Assembly: GCA_048213135.1 (NCBI GenBank)
Contig: PS015356.1
Coordinates: 25,328 to 60,713 of the forward strand
Direction: 5' to 3'
Origin: Reclinomonas americana ATCC 50394
Lineage: Eukaryota
Length of the DNA: 35,386 nucleotides
Below are positions 34,836-35,386 of this stretch, one piece after another (position 1 is the first letter of the stretch; each line of letters begins with the position of its first letter). Under the pieces are notes generated by a model. That model was not told the DNA's origin. It was given only the letters and a program-made list of their open reading frames with translations, and ran no database searches. A program made the position numbers and the translations under genes.

Positions 34836-35386
34836 TGGCCTTTGCGTGTTTGAACTTGGCGAAGGCGTACCAGGCGGCTGAGGTGTACGACTTGGCCGAG
34901 GAGAACATGAAGGAGTATCGGTGAATGTCATCTCTCTCTCTCTCACACACACACACATGCGCTTGCACTTACACACGTGATGAATGATGGCAGCACGCTG
35001 ATGGCCTCCAAGTTTGTCGCACCAGAGGCCAATCACGAGGCGGGAATCGAGTATGCCATGTTTCTGCGCTCGTTGCATCAGCATCGATTTGTGCAGACGC
35101 GACTGCGCAAGGATTCAATGGCGTACGATTCAGTTACGCACCGCCACGCTCCATGAGATCTCAGTAGCATGTTTTATGCTGACTCTCAGTGACGCAGGTC
35201 AAGGCACTTGCCGAGGCGCGGCGTTTCTCAGAGAAAGTCTCCATCTTCTCCCGTCGACTTGCCGCGCGGGGGGCGGTGGCAGCTCTCTGCGTGCTGGCAG
35301 CCAGAAGAGTGGCAGTGCCGGCTCGTATGCGTCGTCCTCTCGAGGGTCTGTGCTGACACGCTCCTCTCGCCTCTCAGCCAGGTACG
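34836..35386 (+). CDS. Internal exons of an unknown, possibly TPR-like helical protein (partial at both ends)
   Basis: AFACLNLAKAYQAAEVYDLAEENMKEYR, CT/CA-rich intron, TLMASKFVAPEANHEAGIEYAMFLRSLHQHRF. Later exon frames are ambiguous. Confidence 0.45.

Noticed and set aside
1-35386. CRISPR arrays, tRNA/rRNA genes, transposons, prokaryotic operons
   Set aside because: No spaced direct repeats, structural RNA signatures, terminal repeats or transposase/RT motifs seen; the window is intron-rich eukaryotic DNA.

Overview
Scaffolded, GC-rich, gene-dense eukaryotic (protist-like) genomic DNA with many short (about 45-115 nt) spliceosomal introns and nine N-gaps (1213-1528, 4596-5442, 13972-14538, 16316-16335, 17145-17450, 23712-23731, 24758-24777, 29102-29390, 34206-34835). 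The ORF track is fragmented by introns, so genes were rebuilt by hand-splicing. In order: Fis1 (3' exon), a Q/H-rich unknown 3' end, a PQ-loop transporter 3' end, a 7TM-RGS protein, a VPS9 Rab5-GEF fused to an STB6-like region with peptidoglycan-binding-like motifs, a receptor-type class III adenylate cyclase whose halves lie on opposite strands across a gap, an unknown 5' end, a very large GT48/FKS-type 1,3-beta-glucan synthase apparently fused to a CAP-Gly-containing tail, a Cys/Thr-rich protein ending in H-type-lectin-like domains, and a partial helical-repeat gene. Most notable: (1) the glucan synthase-CAP-Gly fusion; (2) a window-wide 5' splice-site rule in which exons ending in G mostly use GTNCG while exons not ending in G mostly use a one-base-shifted GTTNCG; (3) the VPS9-STB6-like fusion; (4) the split, inverted cyclase. 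Domain calls are from motif recognition only; no searches were run and the organism was not identified.
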